Shown here one piece after another: positions 45,696 to 47,784 of a DNA stretch of 47,784 bases. Position 1 is the stretch's first letter, and each line of letters begins with the position of its first letter. The translations under genes and the position numbers were made by a program. This stretch comes from a virus. Its lineage: Duplodnaviria > Caudoviricetes. Location of the stretch: IMG/VR virus record IMGVR_UViG_3300049139_000048, positions 1 to 47,784 of that record. One strand, written 5' to 3'. Under the pieces are notes generated by a model. The model was not told where the DNA came from and did no database searches. It was given only the letters and a program-made list of their open reading frames with translations.

Positions 45696-45800
45696 GCCCC
45701 GTCCGGTGGTGACACACCGAACGGGGCCGCAACACGACCGGGCCCGGTGGTGACACACCGGGCCCGGCCAGACCCCGCAGGTGGTGACACACCTCGCGGG
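45696..45800 (+). repeat. Three tandem hairpins sharing GGTG-GTGACA-CACC (structured leader or ncRNA)
   Basis: GGTGGTGACACACC at 45705, 45746 and 45780, each extended by a different complementary stem. Confidence 0.8.
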
Positions 45801-45837
45801 ACGCCCGACACCCTGCTGTGAACAGGAGCGTCAGACA

Positions 45838-46158
45838 GTGCTGAATCGTATCCGGGGCAAGCGCCCCGCCCCCACCCCTCCGCCGGCGACGGTCTTACCG
45901 ATCGCCGAGCCGACATTCACGGCGCAGATCCTGCTCGTCGCCGCGCACATCCTGGACATGGACCCGACGCACCCGCTCGACCCGCGCGTGCTCGATGCCT
46001 CCATGGATGCCGCCGCCGATGCCGTTCTCCGCCCGCTGCCCGACATCGTCCGGTCCCAGACACTCGACTCGGTCCGCGTTGCGCTGCCCCGCTCCGTCGA
46101 CGGCGACACCCGGGCCGAGTACGCGCTGCGCCTGCGACAGACGGCGAGGTCCGTGTGA
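45838..46158 (+). CDS. Hypothetical protein (TTA codon)
   Basis: AGGAG RBS before GTG; in-frame TTA at 45895. Confidence 0.65.
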   Translation: MLNRIRGKRPAPTPPPATVLPIAEPTFTAQILLVAAHILDMDPTHPLDPRVLDASMDAAADAVLRPLPDIVRSQTLDSVRVALPRSVDGDTRAEYALRLRQTARSV

Positions 46159-46322
46159 TGGACCTGCCCGAGTACGAGCCCGCGCCCGAGCCGGACCGCA
46201 CCCCGCGGCCGAACACGATCGTCGACGTGCCCGCGACCCCGATGGGCTGCGCCCTCGACTACAACGCCGGCGAGGACGTGCGCGCCGAGATGGACAAGCA
46301 GCGCGCCCTCGGCCGCGGCTGA
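46158..46322 (+). CDS. Small hypothetical protein (54 aa, below the ORF-track cutoff)
   Basis: TGATG coupling, GAGG RBS; MDLPEYEPAP...ALGRG. Confidence 0.55.
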   Translation: MDLPEYEPAPEPDRTPRPNTIVDVPATPMGCALDYNAGEDVRAEMDKQRALGRG

Positions 46323-46396
46323 ACCGGCACACCCTGATCGGCCGGCCCGCAGCGCCCCCAGCCTGCGGGCCGGTCCCCTTCCCCATGGGAGCACCC

Positions 46397-47542
46397 GTGC
46401 ACCGTCCCGAACTCACACCTGCGCAGCGCAAGCTCGTGACCGTCGTCGTCGGCGGCGCCGTACTGCTCGCCGCGATCGGGTTCGTCGGCTCGTACGCCGC
46501 CGTTCGTGAACTCGCCGTGCAGAAGGGGTTCGGCAACTTCGCGCTCGCGTTCCCGATCGGGCTCGACGCCGGGATCGTCGTGCTGCTCTGCCTCGATCTG
46601 CTGCTCGCATGGCTGCGCATGCCGTTCCCGCTACTGCGCCACACGGCATGGCTGCTCACCGGGGCGACGATCGCGTTCAACGCCGCGGCGGCGTGGCCCG
46701 ACCCGCTCGGCGTCGGCATGCACGCGGTGATCCCGCTGCTGTTCGTCGTCGTCGTCGAGGCCGCCCGGCACGCGGTCGGCCGGATCGCGGACATCACCGC
46801 CGATCGGCACATGGAACCGGTACGGCTCGCCCGGTGGCTGCTCGCCCCGCGGCAAACGTTCGTGATGTGGCGGCGTATGAAGCTGTGGGAGATGCGTTCG
46901 TACCCGGACGTGATCAGGTTCGAGCAGGACCGGCTCGTCTACCGGGCGCAGCTCGAAGCGCGGTTCGGCCGGCGGTGGCGCAGGAAGGCACCGGTCGAGA
47001 TGTTGCTGCCGCTGCGGCTCGCCCGCTACGGCCGGGCGCTCGACGAACCCGCACCCGCACCTGTACCCGACGAGCAGCCCGTGCTCGACTTCGATACGGC
47101 GGCCGCCGAGGCGCTCGCACTCGCACCCGCGACGATGCCCGACGGGTTCGTGCTGGACCTCGCACCGATGCACCCGCCGATCCCCGAACTGACCGCACCC
47201 GAACCCGCGGTCGTGTTCGCGGCGGCGCACCCGCGGGTCGAGGTGCACGCCCGGATCCCGGACCCGGTCGACGAACCCGCACCCGTAGTCGAACCCGAGT
47301 GCGTCGAACCCGAACCCGAGCCGGAACCCGAGCCGGAACCCGAACCCGAGCCGGAACCCGAGCCGCACCCGAACCCGAGACGGCGCACCCGAACCTCACC
47401 CGCCGAGTTCGCCGACCTGGTCCGCCGAGCCCGCGTGCTCGCCGAAACCGAACCGCTGACACTGCGGGGCGTACGAGCCGAGTTCGGCATCGGACAGGCC
47501 AAGGCGCAGCGCGTCATCGCCGCCGCGTCCAAGGGGGACTGA
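46397..47542 (+). CDS. DUF2637 membrane protein (Streptomyces plasmid/AICE Spd-like) with Pro/Glu linker and C-terminal HTH-like tail
   Basis: IGFVGSYAAV, FPIGLDAGI, TIAFNAAA, HAVIPLLF...EAARH, RWLLAP..T...WRRMKLWE; LRGVRAEFGIGQAKAQR. Confidence 0.8.
   Translation: MHRPELTPAQRKLVTVVVGGAVLLAAIGFVGSYAAVRELAVQKGFGNFALAFPIGLDAGIVVLLCLDLLLAWLRMPFPLLRHTAWLLTGATIAFNAAAAWPDPLGVGMHAVIPLLFVVVVEAARHAVGRIADITADRHMEPVRLARWLLAPRQTFVMWRRMKLWEMRSYPDVIRFEQDRLVYRAQLEARFGRRWRRKAPVEMLLPLRLARYGRALDEPAPAPVPDEQPVLDFDTAAAEALALAPATMPDGFVLDLAPMHPPIPELTAPEPAVVFAAAHPRVEVHARIPDPVDEPAPVVEPECVEPEPEPEPEPEPEPEPEPEPHPNPRRRTRTSPAEFADLVRRARVLAETEPLTLRGVRAEFGIGQAKAQRVIAAASKGD
47306..47365 (+). repeat. Coding tandem repeat (EP)n
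   Basis: GAACCC/GAGCCG hexamer run inside the DUF2637 gene. Confidence 0.8.
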
Positions 47543-47545
47543 CCG

Positions 47546-47698
47546 GTGCACGCCGTGTTCGCCGCACTCGCCGCCCTGTCGATGCTCGGCGCCTTCGCCG
47601 GGCTCACCCACCTTGCACCCGCACCCGGACCCCGCACCCGTTACGCACTCGCGCTCGGGCTCGTCGCCGGGTGCGCACTCGCCCTCGCACTCGCTTAG
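47546..47698 (+). CDS. Small two-TM membrane protein (50 aa)
   Basis: VHAVFAALAALSMLGAFAGL...YALALGLVAGCALALALA. Confidence 0.6.
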   Translation: MHAVFAALAALSMLGAFAGLTHLAPAPGPRTRYALALGLVAGCALALALA

Positions 47699-47706
47699 GA
47701 CCCGCC

Positions 47707-47784
47707 ATGCCCGAACCGATCACACCGACGCGGATCATCCCGCCCGGCGCGGCACTGCCCGCCCGGCCGCCCGCACCCGGCGAC
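47707..47784 (+). CDS. Pro-rich protein, N-terminus only (truncated by window)
   Basis: AGGA RBS; MPEPITPTRIIPPGAALPARPPAPG. Confidence 0.55.
   Translation, partial: MPEPITPTRIIPPGAALPARPPAPGD

Larger units (their letters stand above)
1..47784. mobile_element. Temperate siphovirus genome (Streptomyces-like host), right end truncated by window
   Basis: Continuous packaging-head-tail-lysis-integration-immunity-replication synteny; no host housekeeping genes; last ORF runs off the window. Confidence 0.95.

Noticed and set aside
47290-47375. Hexamer tandem repeats as an array or clt locus
   Set aside because: In-frame (EP)n linker inside the DUF2637 gene; a dual role cannot be shown from sequence
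1-47784. tRNA/rRNA genes, reverse transcriptase or DGR, IS elements, cas genes
   Set aside because: No recognisable motifs found by eye

Overview
High-GC temperate actinobacteriophage, most likely a Streptomyces siphovirus, laid out in virion or circular gene order rather than as a prophage with host flanks. Left arm (+): stand-alone primase-polymerase-like gene, terminases, portal, head and tail genes (tail chaperone with a -1 frameshift; tape measure with an M23 domain) and a lysis cassette (~0.2-22.8 kb). Centre: accessory block, large serine integrase with a candidate attP, and the repressor/Cro switch (~22.8-29.4 kb). Right arm (+): recombination and replication genes (PD-(D/E)XK nuclease, RDF-like protein, DnaQ-like exonuclease, RuvC-like resolvase, initiator/loader) and many small ORFs. 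It ends in a separately promoted, plasmid-like DUF2637 cluster cut by the window edge. The main finding is a cas-free cluster of five degenerate type I-E CRISPR repeats with non-canonical spacers (22847-23054). It sits between two terminators, behind a PafBC/RecA-NDp-like DNA-damage promoter motif, and is a candidate RNA anti-CRISPR or regulatory mini-array. Other notable signals: three hairpins with an identical GUGACA loop (45696-45800), related CCCGACACGGG leader motifs, a pseudoknot-capable leader before the tail chaperone, LexA boxes, and TTA codons concentrated in accessory genes. All product calls come from motif recognition and synteny by eye; no database searches were run.
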